64,000 bases of DNA, from positions 26,349-90,348 of the forward strand of contig JAUIDD010000004.1 of NCBI GenBank assembly GCA_030429175.1, in the 5' to 3' direction. This stretch comes from Gammaproteobacteria bacterium. Its GTDB lineage: Bacteria; Pseudomonadota; Gammaproteobacteria; Coxiellales; Coxiellaceae. Shown here in pieces: positions 27,384 to 37,199 of this stretch; the first letter of the stretch is position 1, and every line of letters starts with the position of its first letter. The position numbers were made by a program, and so were the translations under genes. The notes under the pieces are model-generated. The model worked only from the letters and a program-made list of their open reading frames with translations, was not told the origin of the DNA and did no database searches.

Positions 27384-27713
27384 TTAAAGGTGGCCTTCGA
27401 TAAATTGCACCAATTGCGATTTAGCAAGCGCCCCCATTTTTGAATCAACGACTTCACCATTTTTAATGATGATTAAATTTGGTATACCACGCACACCATA
27501 TTTAACTGGTGTTTCGCTATTTTTATCAACATCCATTTTAACGACCTTCAAACGGCCCGCAAACTCTTGTGCCACTTCATCCAGAACTGGTGCAATCATT
27601 TTGCATGGGCCACACCATTCTGCCCAAAAGTCCACTAATACAGGGACACTTGAGTTTAATACGTCTGCTTCGAAATCAGCATCCGAAATTGAATGTACAG
27701 CTTCACTAGTCAT
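27384..27713 (-). CDS. trxA: thioredoxin
   Basis: 109 aa with active site WAEWCGPCK. Confidence 0.95.
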   Translation of the reverse strand: MTSEAVHSISDADFEADVLNSSVPVLVDFWAEWCGPCKMIAPVLDEVAQEFAGRLKVVKMDVDKNSETPVKYGVRGIPNLIIIKNGEVVDSKMGALAKSQLVQFIEGHL

Positions 27714-28052
27714 AATTTCTCCTAAGAAGTTAATTAATAGATCATCCCAATGCAGCCACTGGAATACAGAAAATTAAGATTATGGTTTTTGTTTTTTTAA
27801 CATTACTCGTTGAATGTCCATTCCTAACATCTACGACTTTGTCGCAGCTAAGGCATTTATCTAATAAAGTTGGGATAGATATTGGATACCAAATATACGA
27901 CAAATCTACACATTTTTTTAAAGGATCTCAAGTGTTATTTTTAACTAGGTGAAATTATTCTAATTTTCAGTTAGATAGCCCCCTCGTAATTACTCAAGGC
28001 GGGTATATATACATACCACACCGTTTTGTTACAGAGCTAGTTTTAGCAATAA

Positions 28053-28619
28053 TCAGGACACGGCCCAGTCAAAACACCAATTCTGCAGTGGCGCCACTAT
28101 AAAACTTAAAATCAAATATAAAATCAACACCACCACAAGAGGTGATAAATCAATGCCACCAACAGGTGGCACAAAGCGGCGCACCGATCTGATCAGTGGA
28201 TAAGAAATCGTGCCGGTAATTTCTGACAACGGGTTTCGTTGATTCGTGATAATCCAACTTAAAACCGTCCAAATTAAAATTGCAAACCAAAATAAGTAAA
28301 GTGCTTTATTGATCAAAGCCATCACTGAATAAGCAAGTACACCACCCACATTGGGTGTAAACCCATGCGATACCCACATTGTAAAATAAAATTCAACAGC
28401 CTCTAACACAAATGCAATCGCCACGATTGAAAAGTCAATACCTTTAAAACCTGGAATAAACTTTCTGACTGGGCTAACAATAGGATTCGTAACCGAAACA
28501 ACGAACTGCACCAGCGGGCTATGCCAACTGGCACGAACGCTTTGAAAGATCACACGTAACAATAAAATAAAAATATATACATCAAATGCATAATTGATAA
28601 TAGTCGCTAAGAATTGCAT
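28053..28619 (-). CDS. yggT: YggT-family membrane protein
   Basis: 188 aa with two YGGT-like repeats and 4 TM segments. It lies directly downstream of proC, overlapping it by 13 nt. Confidence 0.8.
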   Translation of the reverse strand: MQFLATIINYAFDVYIFILLLRVIFQSVRASWHSPLVQFVVSVTNPIVSPVRKFIPGFKGIDFSIVAIAFVLEAVEFYFTMWVSHGFTPNVGGVLAYSVMALINKALYLFWFAILIWTVLSWIITNQRNPLSEITGTISYPLIRSVRRFVPPVGGIDLSPLVVVLILYLILSFIVAPLQNWCFDWAVS

Positions 28620-29428
28620 AAGTCTTCCGTTAACTCCTGTGAACGTTTTTTAGCAGCGTGCATCGCATCAATAAGTACTGTTTGTATGTTGGCTGCATTC
28701 ATCGAGTCTAAGGCAGCCTGCGTGGTACCATTGGGGGATGAGACGTGTTTTATTAGCGTTGTGAAATCATCCTCTGATTCAAGCGACAATTTTGCCGCCC
28801 CCAATGCCGTTTGTGCCACCATAAACTTTGCCACTTCCTCTGGCAGACCTTGTTTAACCACCTCTTGTGCCATAATCTCCATAAAACGAAAATAATAGGC
28901 AATACCAGAACCTGATGTCGCAGTAATAATTGGTATCTGCGATTCATCATCTACAAATATTAGCATACCTATCGTTTCTAATAAATTTTCGATAAATAAC
29001 TCTTGTGCCGCCACAACGTGTTTATTCACAAAGATGCCAGTGACACCCGCTGACACAGAAGAAGCTGTATTTGGCATAGCACGCGCGACAGGCCTTTCGC
29101 CACCGAGACAATCTTCAATAAATGTTGTCGGTACGCCAGCAGCGATTGATATAATTAGTGTTTTTTCCTGCAACCCCTCTTTTATTTCTTTACAGGCGGT
29201 TTTGATATGATTAGGCTTCACTGCGAATAATACGACATCGGCATGCTCAACTGCTTTATAATTATCCTGAGTAACACGAGCACCTAACTTTTTAAAGTGA
29301 GCAAGTTTATCATCTGAATGATCGGTTAAAGTAATCTTATTCGCTGGGTAGCCTGCCTCTATGATACCCAACACAATGGCACGCGCCATATTGCCCGCAC
29401 CGATAAATGTAATATTCAAATATTCCAT
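28607..29428 (-). CDS. proC: pyrroline-5-carboxylate reductase
   Basis: The Rossmann fold is FIGAGNMARAI. The C-terminal P5CR dimerisation region is SPNGTTQAAL. Confidence 0.92.
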   Translation of the reverse strand: MEYLNITFIGAGNMARAIVLGIIEAGYPANKITLTDHSDDKLAHFKKLGARVTQDNYKAVEHADVVLFAVKPNHIKTACKEIKEGLQEKTLIISIAAGVPTTFIEDCLGGERPVARAMPNTASSVSAGVTGIFVNKHVVAAQELFIENLLETIGMLIFVDDESQIPIITATSGSGIAYYFRFMEIMAQEVVKQGLPEEVAKFMVAQTALGAAKLSLESEDDFTTLIKHVSSPNGTTQAALDSMNAANIQTVLIDAMHAAKKRSQELTEDLCNS

Positions 29429-29510
29429 AATAGAGACTCTCTCACAATACGGGCTTTAAAACGTCTTTCTGTTAAAAACAAATTGAGTTTTTAATAATTA
29501 TAAAACAACC

Positions 29511-30371
29511 TCACGGGTTATTACTAACAACGCGCACAGGTTTTTCTGGTGACTCTTTTTTCGGCACTTTAGAGAACATCATTGATAAGTTATACTTAAC
29601 GTCAAGTTTATCAGAGCCAAATTTATCAGCGAGTGTTTTTTCATGATCTATATTCAACTTATCAATTTGCTCGCTGGTCAAATTAGAATTACCACTAACG
29701 CCTGAAGTAGTCTTGAAAAAGTCTACCCATTCGCGCTGACTAACAAATTTTTGATCTATAAACACCTGTAATTCCACATCAGTAAAACTTTCTCTCATCA
29801 ACTGATTAAGATATTCATACTCACGATCAAACTTCCGCTCAATTGGAAGCTTCCAAGTTGGATCATATTTTTGAATTACCTTTGTTGTAACATCTAAGGC
29901 ATTTTCTGGTTTAAGCTCAGGATCATAATGAGTGATAATAAATGTAGCATTAGGTTTGCTTATTCGTTTGATTTCTTGAATTGTTTTTTCTTGATCAAAC
30001 CAATGCCAGCATCGCCCAGCAATAATAAGGTCAAAAGAATTTTCAGGTAATGCGATGTCTTCTGCCGGCGTGCAACAATAAGAAATGTTTGTTATACCCA
30101 TTTCTTTGTCTCGTTTAACTCCAGCTTCCAACATATTCTGCGCACAATCTGCAGCAGTTATTAAACAGTCTGGCTCCAACTGAGCAATTCTGTTTGCAAT
30201 CAATCCTGTACCAGCACCAAGATCTAAAACAGTTTTGCCAGGAGCAATAAGCCCTCTTTTTTTAAGTTGCTCAAAAAAACTTTCAGGAAATTGTTTTCGA
30301 TGTTTGTCATACTCTTCAGCTACTTTTCCGTAGTCAAAATTTCTTTCTTCACTTTTATCTGCACGACTCAT
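29511..30371 (-). CDS. class I SAM-dependent methyltransferase
   Basis: Motif I is VLDLGAGTGL, and motifs post-I/II are DLIIAGRCWHWF. The start is set at MSRADKSE (GGAG RBS) rather than the upstream ATG at 30470. Confidence 0.8.
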   Translation of the reverse strand: MSRADKSEERNFDYGKVAEEYDKHRKQFPESFFEQLKKRGLIAPGKTVLDLGAGTGLIANRIAQLEPDCLITAADCAQNMLEAGVKRDKEMGITNISYCCTPAEDIALPENSFDLIIAGRCWHWFDQEKTIQEIKRISKPNATFIITHYDPELKPENALDVTTKVIQKYDPTWKLPIERKFDREYEYLNQLMRESFTDVELQVFIDQKFVSQREWVDFFKTTSGVSGNSNLTSEQIDKLNIDHEKTLADKFGSDKLDVKYNLSMMFSKVPKKESPEKPVRVVSNNP

Positions 30372-30682
30372 TGTAGTCTCCTTTATTGATAGGGGTTTAT
30401 CCTTTCTAGCTTTAGATGTTACTCTTAAGCTTGTTTCTGTAAATCTATCTATGGCATGTCTCGAAAGCATAACAAACCTAGTTTGGTAAAATTTACTACG
30501 AGCTAGAAAAAAAATATTGAGCCCCCAAGGTTATGATGATTTAACATCGCATATACTAATCTGATTCACTTTGCTTATCAATACTCACGCTATCTTGACA
30601 GATGCCAGTTTATCGTTTAGCTTCCCTATTTACCTTTAGCAGCAATATCACTAAATAATTGTCAGCTTAATCAGGAGTGCAT

Positions 30683-31144
30683 ATGAGCATTACACTTGAT
30701 GAATATACTTCACAACTAAACTCACTAGGAAAAAGCAAATGTCTAGGTATTTTTTTTAGAAATTCATCCCTACGTACTCTAACACAAAATTGTCTTGCTT
30801 ATGCTTCTATCAACACACCCGATGAAATGGAAGAAAAAGATAAAATTTCTCGACTGAACGCATTTTTAATTTCTGCTTACAATAAATACCCTCGCCTAAG
30901 AAAACACCTAAAAAAACTATTGAGTCAGACTCTAGAAATTGAAAAAGCCAAATGGGATGAGTACAAACTAGGCAACTTAAGATTACAAGCGTCACTATTC
31001 CCAGCATATGTGAAATGTGATCTTCCTTCGCCAAGACCAGAAAAAATAATTCAAGATCCCATTATCACTTACCTAAAAAATCACCCAAAACTAAAAATAT
31101 CGGATATTCATATTGACAATAAACGCAAAGGAGCTTTTGTGTGA
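30683..31144 (+). CDS. hypothetical protein (orphan), translationally coupled to panB
   Basis: An AGGAG RBS lies 5 nt before the ATG at 30683. About 153 aa. The stop overlaps the panB GTG start (GTGTGA). Confidence 0.55.
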   Translation: MSITLDEYTSQLNSLGKSKCLGIFFRNSSLRTLTQNCLAYASINTPDEMEEKDKISRLNAFLISAYNKYPRLRKHLKKLLSQTLEIEKAKWDEYKLGNLRLQASLFPAYVKCDLPSPRPEKIIQDPIITYLKNHPKLKISDIHIDNKRKGAFV

Positions 31145-32016
31145 ACAATACCTGCCCACCCAATGAAAAACAAAGAAAAAAAATCAGCTTGCTACACTTG
31201 AACAAGATGAAAGTGGATGGTGAAAAAGTCGTTTTTCTTACTGCTTATGATTACCCATTAGCCAGCTTAGCTGATCAGGCTGGCGTAGACATGATACTAG
31301 TAGGTGACTCATTAGGCATGACTGTACTTGGTCACAAAACAACACTTCCCGTTACAATGAATGACATGATATCTCATTGCCAGGCTGTAAACCGAGCCGT
31401 TAATCATGCCTATATTGTTGGTGACATGCCATATATGTCCTACCAACCATCAGACCGTGATGCCATTATCAATGCAGGGCGCTTTATGTCAGAAGCAGGC
31501 TGTGATGCAGTCAAATGCGAAGGAGGAAAGCGTATTGAATCACGTGTAAAAGCTATGGTTGATGCCGGAATAACAGTAATGGGGCACTTGGGTTTAACAC
31601 CTCAGAATATGAGCCAACTCGGTGGATTCAAAGTGCAGGGGAAAACATTTGAAAGTTATAAAATACTCCTCGAAGACGCAATAGCTCTTGAAGAAGCTGG
31701 CGCCTCTTTCTTGCTATTAGAAGCAATGCCGCCTGAAGTAGCCACCAAAATTTGTGACCAACTTTCTATTCCAGTATATGGGATTGGTGCTGGAAGTGAG
31801 CTGGATGGGCAACTTGTTATTATGCATGATATTATTGGCCTATTTGACCAATTTAAGCCTAAATTTGTGAAACAATACTGTAATGCTGGAAAATTAATTA
31901 AAGAGGCAATTACAGATTACTGCCATGATGTAAGACACAAACTATTCCCTCAGCCAGAGCACTTTTACAAAGCAAAAGATGCTGAGCTTGGTAAGAAATT
32001 ACTCGAACATAATTAG
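31141..32016 (+). CDS. panB: 3-methyl-2-oxobutanoate hydroxymethyltransferase (ketopantoate hydroxymethyltransferase family)
   Basis: Contains KISLLHLNKMK...FLTAYDYPLASLADQAGVDMILVGDSLGMTVLGH...GDMPYMSY...VKCEGG, colinear with PanB. A GTG start is needed to keep the conserved N-terminus. Confidence 0.88.
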   Translation: MNNTCPPNEKQRKKISLLHLNKMKVDGEKVVFLTAYDYPLASLADQAGVDMILVGDSLGMTVLGHKTTLPVTMNDMISHCQAVNRAVNHAYIVGDMPYMSYQPSDRDAIINAGRFMSEAGCDAVKCEGGKRIESRVKAMVDAGITVMGHLGLTPQNMSQLGGFKVQGKTFESYKILLEDAIALEEAGASFLLLEAMPPEVATKICDQLSIPVYGIGAGSELDGQLVIMHDIIGLFDQFKPKFVKQYCNAGKLIKEAITDYCHDVRHKLFPQPEHFYKAKDAELGKKLLEHN

Positions 32017-34659
32017 GTCAAACTTCTCTGTGTAATTCTCTATGATTTGCTTAAGTGCGCTTGTGTTCTTTTGCTCTATGATACTCATATGTGTTGTATT
32101 TGGAATTTCATGTATTTGTATCTCTTTACGACTAAATGACTTCCAGCCATTTACTGTTGTTATATCAGAGTGCTCTGCTTTAATGAAGAATATTTCCTCA
32201 ACACTGCCAGTAAGGTGGACATCAAGCCCAGCCCTTACTGTTCCTTCAAATGTGAAAATAAATCTTTCGAGCACTCCCATAAGCGCTTTGTCCTGAATTA
32301 GCCTCTTAATATCTATCTTCTCATATATAAAACGAATTAAATCTGGCAAGTACATACTTAAATCAAAATCATTTATTTTTTCTAAGTCCTCAAGTGTGAT
32401 CGATGTATGAAGATATTTATTTAATTCATTTATATAAAATGATATTGCTTGGGCATTTACTTTAGCTACCTTCTCTTGTTGCTCCCGATAAACATTAGCA
32501 CAAGCGCTATCAATCATAATAAGTAATGGCACACAATAACCCAGCTGCTCCATTCTTTTAGTGGTTGCATAAGAAATTGCCCCCCCAGCAGACCAACCTC
32601 CAATGATACAAGGGCCTTGTACAATTGATGTAATTTTTTTCGCGTATAAATCGGCTAACCACTCCATTTTAAAATATGGCGTGCGGTGTATGCTACTAAC
32701 TTCTTTATAAGGAAACTCGATAGCATAAACTTTTCTATTAGAAATAGCACTACCTAAGCTTTCATAGCAAATGACCGTTCCCCCACCAGGATGCATTAAA
32801 AATAAAGGCAAATTATTACTTTTTCCTCCGTGAGTTTTTTTATTTAATAAAATCGGCAACTCTAATTTGTTTGGACTTTTTTGATATGAAATTAGCTCGT
32901 TAGAAATACTTTTTACTGTTGCACTACCTAATATCAAGCTAATCGGAAAATAAATTGCATATTTATGTTCTATTTTAGCAACAATAGCTACAGCCAAAAC
33001 AGAGGTGCCGCCTAAAGATAGGAAGTTATCATCAGTGCTGATATTATCTGTCGCTAAAACACTTTTCCAAATGGCTAATATTTCTTTTTCTGTTTCATTC
33101 TCTGGCGCTATTAATGATTTTGATACATTATGCGCTCTAATTGAAAATAAAGACTTAAGTTTTAACTTATCTACTTTCCCATGTTTTGATAGAGGCAATG
33201 CATCAAGTATTACTATCAAGCTTGGCACCATAAAGGAGGGTAAGAGACCTGCTAAGAAAGCTCTAATATCTTCACTAGTAATATTTGCATGTTGATTCAA
33301 AACAATCGCCGCGGCTAATTGAACTGAGTTATTGTTTGTTTTTAAATCCAAAATAACAGCCCGACTAATATCTGAATGTGATAATAAAGTTTTTTCAATT
33401 TCAGGTAACTCGACACGATAACCGTTAATTTGAACCTGTTGGTCGATGCGACTTATGAATTCAATGTTTCCATCTGGCAAAAGTCGGCCCATATCTCCCG
33501 ATTTATAAAAACGCTCCCCAGTCTTTGGATGTACGATAAACTTTTCAGCCGTTAATTCTGGTGCTTTCCAGTATTCTCTAGCTAGCCCAATACCAGAAAA
33601 AAACATTTCTCCAATTTCCCCAACTGTACAGCGAGTGAAATTTTCATTAAATAGCTGCATATGTTGGCCTTCAATTGCCTTACCATATGGAATACTCTTC
33701 CAGCTTGGGAGTACCTCATTAATAATGTACCAGCATCCCCAAATAGAAGTTTCTGTCGATCCGCCCCCAGACATTACAGTCGCATTAGGAAAAATCTTTT
33801 TAAGTCTATCTGGCAGATTTAATGGGATCCAATCTCCACCAAGGGCAACTAATTTTACTTTTGGAAAAACATAATCGTCTGATTTACCCATAAACTCTAC
33901 ATAGTCTGCGAGCATTTGCCCTAAAGCTGGTGCTGTATTCCAGATAGTTACATCATATCTATCAAGATACTCGAGCCAACATTTTGGATCGTTTCTTTTT
34001 TCAGGATCAGGCATAACAATCGTGCCACCAGCACTTAACAGACCAAAAATATCATAGACAGATAAATCAAAAGAAACCGGCGAGAGCGATAAGACAGAAT
34101 CTGCTGCAGTCACAGAAAACGTTTGATTAAAAACTTCGAGCGTGTTGTAAATAGAGTGATGTTCAATAGCAACACCCTTTGGTGTTCCAGTTGAGCCAGA
34201 AGTAAATATCACATATGCAAGATCTGATGAGCTGGTATCTTTATCATCCCATGTAGTTTCTTCAACCTGCTGCTTTGCGTTAATATTAATTAAGTCATAA
34301 TCTTGTAACCATTTATATTTTGATATAATATACTCATCTGTGATAACAAGCCTAGCACAACTCACCTTCAATATATTTTTAATTCTACCTTCGGGCCATG
34401 TGGGATCAATAGGAAAATAAGCACACCCAGCCAATACAACACCTAAATTCGCTATGACCTGATCACAGCTTTTATCTAATACAACCGCAACCAAATCATT
34501 AGATACTGCATGCGTTAAAATATTATTTGCAATAGTTTGAGCATAATGAAAAAGTTGTTTGTAACTCAAGGTAGCATTCTTTTGAATCACGGCTATTTTA
34601 TTTGGGACCCTTTGATATGCCCTCACAGCATTAGTGTAAATTAATTTTTCAACATTCAT
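31999..34659 (-). CDS. NRPS-like single module: adenylation - thiolation - thioesterase (A-T-TE), no condensation domain
   Basis: The A cores are LSYKQL, FTSGSTGTPKGVAIEH, FDLSVYDIFG, GGGSTETSIW, YKSGDMGR, GRIDQQVQINGYRVELPEIE and HGKVDK. The T site is FLSLGGTSVLAV. The TE has GGWSAGG plus IPNTTHMSI. Confidence 0.9.
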   Translation of the reverse strand: MNVEKLIYTNAVRAYQRVPNKIAVIQKNATLSYKQLFHYAQTIANNILTHAVSNDLVAVVLDKSCDQVIANLGVVLAGCAYFPIDPTWPEGRIKNILKVSCARLVITDEYIISKYKWLQDYDLININAKQQVEETTWDDKDTSSSDLAYVIFTSGSTGTPKGVAIEHHSIYNTLEVFNQTFSVTAADSVLSLSPVSFDLSVYDIFGLLSAGGTIVMPDPEKRNDPKCWLEYLDRYDVTIWNTAPALGQMLADYVEFMGKSDDYVFPKVKLVALGGDWIPLNLPDRLKKIFPNATVMSGGGSTETSIWGCWYIINEVLPSWKSIPYGKAIEGQHMQLFNENFTRCTVGEIGEMFFSGIGLAREYWKAPELTAEKFIVHPKTGERFYKSGDMGRLLPDGNIEFISRIDQQVQINGYRVELPEIEKTLLSHSDISRAVILDLKTNNNSVQLAAAIVLNQHANITSEDIRAFLAGLLPSFMVPSLIVILDALPLSKHGKVDKLKLKSLFSIRAHNVSKSLIAPENETEKEILAIWKSVLATDNISTDDNFLSLGGTSVLAVAIVAKIEHKYAIYFPISLILGSATVKSISNELISYQKSPNKLELPILLNKKTHGGKSNNLPLFLMHPGGGTVICYESLGSAISNRKVYAIEFPYKEVSSIHRTPYFKMEWLADLYAKKITSIVQGPCIIGGWSAGGAISYATTKRMEQLGYCVPLLIMIDSACANVYREQQEKVAKVNAQAISFYINELNKYLHTSITLEDLEKINDFDLSMYLPDLIRFIYEKIDIKRLIQDKALMGVLERFIFTFEGTVRAGLDVHLTGSVEEIFFIKAEHSDITTVNGWKSFSRKEIQIHEIPNTTHMSIIEQKNTSALKQIIENYTEKFDLIMFE

Positions 34660-34866
34660 TGAGCTCTCTCATAAATTTCACCGACAGACGTTTGAAAACC
34701 GAGAATGAAAGCTAACATTTAATAATTAGTTCATCAAGTAAATTTTTATAACAATCTGGTCTCTATTTAATTGAAATAATTTTTAAACTGTATATAGTTT
34801 AAAGCAACAGCCCTTGAAAAAACTATAGCATACGTTTTCATTGAAAACTGTACTTACGGAGACATT

Positions 34867-35694
34867 ATGGAAAATCATGATCTACCTTACACATCCAATA
34901 AGCCAAACACGTCAAGTTTCAGAAGTGATTTTTTTCGCTCCATCTTATTGGGCTCAACAACTGTTACAGTTGTCACACCAATATCAAACTACAATAACCA
35001 TTTAATTCGCATCTTAAATCATCAAACTAAATCAGCCTTTACTGCGCGAAGAGCATTTGATGGTGTAATTGCATACAATACCTCAGTTGCCCCTACAATA
35101 GCGATATCATTAATTATTAATGAAGTTTTACGAAAGAAAGATCAAAAAAACAATCAAATGACAACCAGCTACAAACAATTTGCGTATTCCATATACTCTG
35201 GGTGTATTTCGGCTATGTTTGGAAACTTCCCTGAGGCAATTGCGCAAGCACAACAATTATCAACCCCTAAACCATCCTTTGTAAAAATTCTAAAAAATGC
35301 AGTTCATCACAATGGGCCACTTGTGATTAATAGAGGATTATTTGCGACTGCGGTAAAACAAGTCACATTTAATATCGGGTTTATGTGGATGATGCCAATG
35401 CTCATTAATGAAACAGAATCAAAAGGTAGCGGCAAAATATGCTCTTTAGCTACTGCATCAATTTTAACAGGGCTCTTTGTAGGCATTAGCACAGCTCCCA
35501 GTAACACCTTACGCTGGCACAAACATCATCAAGTTGACCGTCCTTCAAATGTACCTTCATATACCAGCGTACTTAAAAACGCATTTAATAACCGATCATA
35601 CGGGGCCAGTTTATTTTCAGGCTGGAAACCACGATCAATCATGTCTGCTGTCTCTATGCTGATACTGCACGAAGGTCGAAAAGTATTAAATTGA
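34867..35694 (+). CDS. hypothetical membrane protein with possible threefold mitochondrial-carrier-like repeat
   Basis: 275 aa. Three ~90-aa segments each end in a G..(Y/F/W)..-type helix (AFDGVIAYNTSVAPTIAISL; INRGLFATAVKQVTFNIGFMWMM; SLFSGWKPRSIMSAVSMLILHEG). Each is preceded by degenerate Px[DE]xx[KR]-like sites (FPEAIAQA, APSNTLRWH). Confidence 0.6.
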   Translation: MENHDLPYTSNKPNTSSFRSDFFRSILLGSTTVTVVTPISNYNNHLIRILNHQTKSAFTARRAFDGVIAYNTSVAPTIAISLIINEVLRKKDQKNNQMTTSYKQFAYSIYSGCISAMFGNFPEAIAQAQQLSTPKPSFVKILKNAVHHNGPLVINRGLFATAVKQVTFNIGFMWMMPMLINETESKGSGKICSLATASILTGLFVGISTAPSNTLRWHKHHQVDRPSNVPSYTSVLKNAFNNRSYGASLFSGWKPRSIMSAVSMLILHEGRKVLN

Positions 35695-35695
35695 G

Positions 35696-37057
35696 CTAAT
35701 CATCTCTTTGGCTGTAGGTAATACCTAGTATTACCCCCACAAGATAAATGCCCATTGCACTAAGCAATGTAATTTCCATGCCAACTATATACGATGGACT
35801 AATCGCTAAGATTGAACCAAATGCAGCAACACCAACCAAACTGCCCATTTGTCGAGCTGTGGTAAACGTGCTTGTAGCCATACCTGCATATTTTTCTGAT
35901 ACGGCATGAATTACAATGTAGGTTGCTGCTGGCATAGTAAATGCAGCACCAAAACCAATTGCAGCTAAAGGAGCAACAAGCCAGTAATATGCTAGATTCG
36001 CTTTAATTGTCATAGCAAGAGATAGAAAACCAACTGCACCAACCATTAGCCCTAAAAGCACTGAAATGCGCGGGCCGTTACGAGCAATTATCCTACCTGA
36101 TAAATATGATGCGACAGCTGCTAAAATTAAAAATGGCAATACAGCAAAACCTATTTTAGTCACTGAATATTGCCTAACCTTACTAAAATATAATGGTAGT
36201 AAAAATAGTTGGCCATATGCCCCACAGTTGATAATGAAACCTATTATATTCGAGCATGAGAATGCAGTTGATTTAAAAAAACCTAAGGGTAGCATAGGAT
36301 ACTGCACATATTTCTCAGTAATGATTAGAAGCGCAAAGCTAACAAAAATGAGAATTAAAATACTTATAATAAACGGCGACCCCCACCCATATTTTTCTAC
36401 TTCTATCAATACTATTGCTAATGACACAGTAAACAAAAATGCAAACATTTGACCAAGCCAGTCTATTGGCTTTTTATCAGTAGTTTTTTTTGTTACATTA
36501 ACCACAGAATATATTAGCAAAATAGCACATAGTGCTATAGGTATATTCACAAAAAATACTGCACGCCAATTGAAAAGCGCTGTCAATACTGAGCCGGCCA
36601 CTGGCCCGCTTGCAGAAGCAACGCCAGCTACACCACCCCAAATACCAATGGCTTTAGCAAATTCTCTTTTTTCGATAAACGTTAGCTTAATAATACTTAG
36701 TGATGCTGGAATTAGAAATGTTGCAGTGAACCCCTGAAGGACGCGAAATATAGACAACATTAACACATTGGAAGACAACCCGCAGGCAAGTGAAGTAACG
36801 AGAAAACCAATCAACCCTAAAGCTAAAGTGCACTTGGGACCAAAGTAATCTGTTAAATTACCAGCCAATAATAATAAGCTAGCAAAGCTAATCGTATAAC
36901 CAACAATAACCCATTGCACGCCAGAAATATTAGTATGTAGTCCCTCAGTAATAGCAGGCAATACAACATTTACAATTGTCGTGTCGAGAATTACCATGAA
37001 AAAACCAAGACACATTGTAAAAAGGATAATCTTTTTTTGACGTTCAGAACTAAGCAT
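35696..37057 (-). CDS. MFS efflux transporter, DHA2 (EmrB/QacA, 14-TMS) type
   Basis: Starts ...LFTMCLGFFMVILDTTIVNVVLPAI and contains LAGNLTDYFGPK. Many TM segments. The start is set at the ATG at 37057 (MLSSERQKK) rather than the TTG at 37093. Confidence 0.8.
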   Translation of the reverse strand: MLSSERQKKIILFTMCLGFFMVILDTTIVNVVLPAITEGLHTNISGVQWVIVGYTISFASLLLLAGNLTDYFGPKCTLALGLIGFLVTSLACGLSSNVLMLSIFRVLQGFTATFLIPASLSIIKLTFIEKREFAKAIGIWGGVAGVASASGPVAGSVLTALFNWRAVFFVNIPIALCAILLIYSVVNVTKKTTDKKPIDWLGQMFAFLFTVSLAIVLIEVEKYGWGSPFIISILILIFVSFALLIITEKYVQYPMLPLGFFKSTAFSCSNIIGFIINCGAYGQLFLLPLYFSKVRQYSVTKIGFAVLPFLILAAVASYLSGRIIARNGPRISVLLGLMVGAVGFLSLAMTIKANLAYYWLVAPLAAIGFGAAFTMPAATYIVIHAVSEKYAGMATSTFTTARQMGSLVGVAAFGSILAISPSYIVGMEITLLSAMGIYLVGVILGITYSQRDD

Positions 37058-37199
37058 ACTTATTATAGTGGGCAAAAAAAATAAAAATAGCAAGTTCTGA
37101 GTAACGATGAAACAGTATAATTATATTGATTACTTGATCACAAGGTATCTACTGATATATATTCACATGCTTACTCAAAATATATTATTAAGGATGCTT

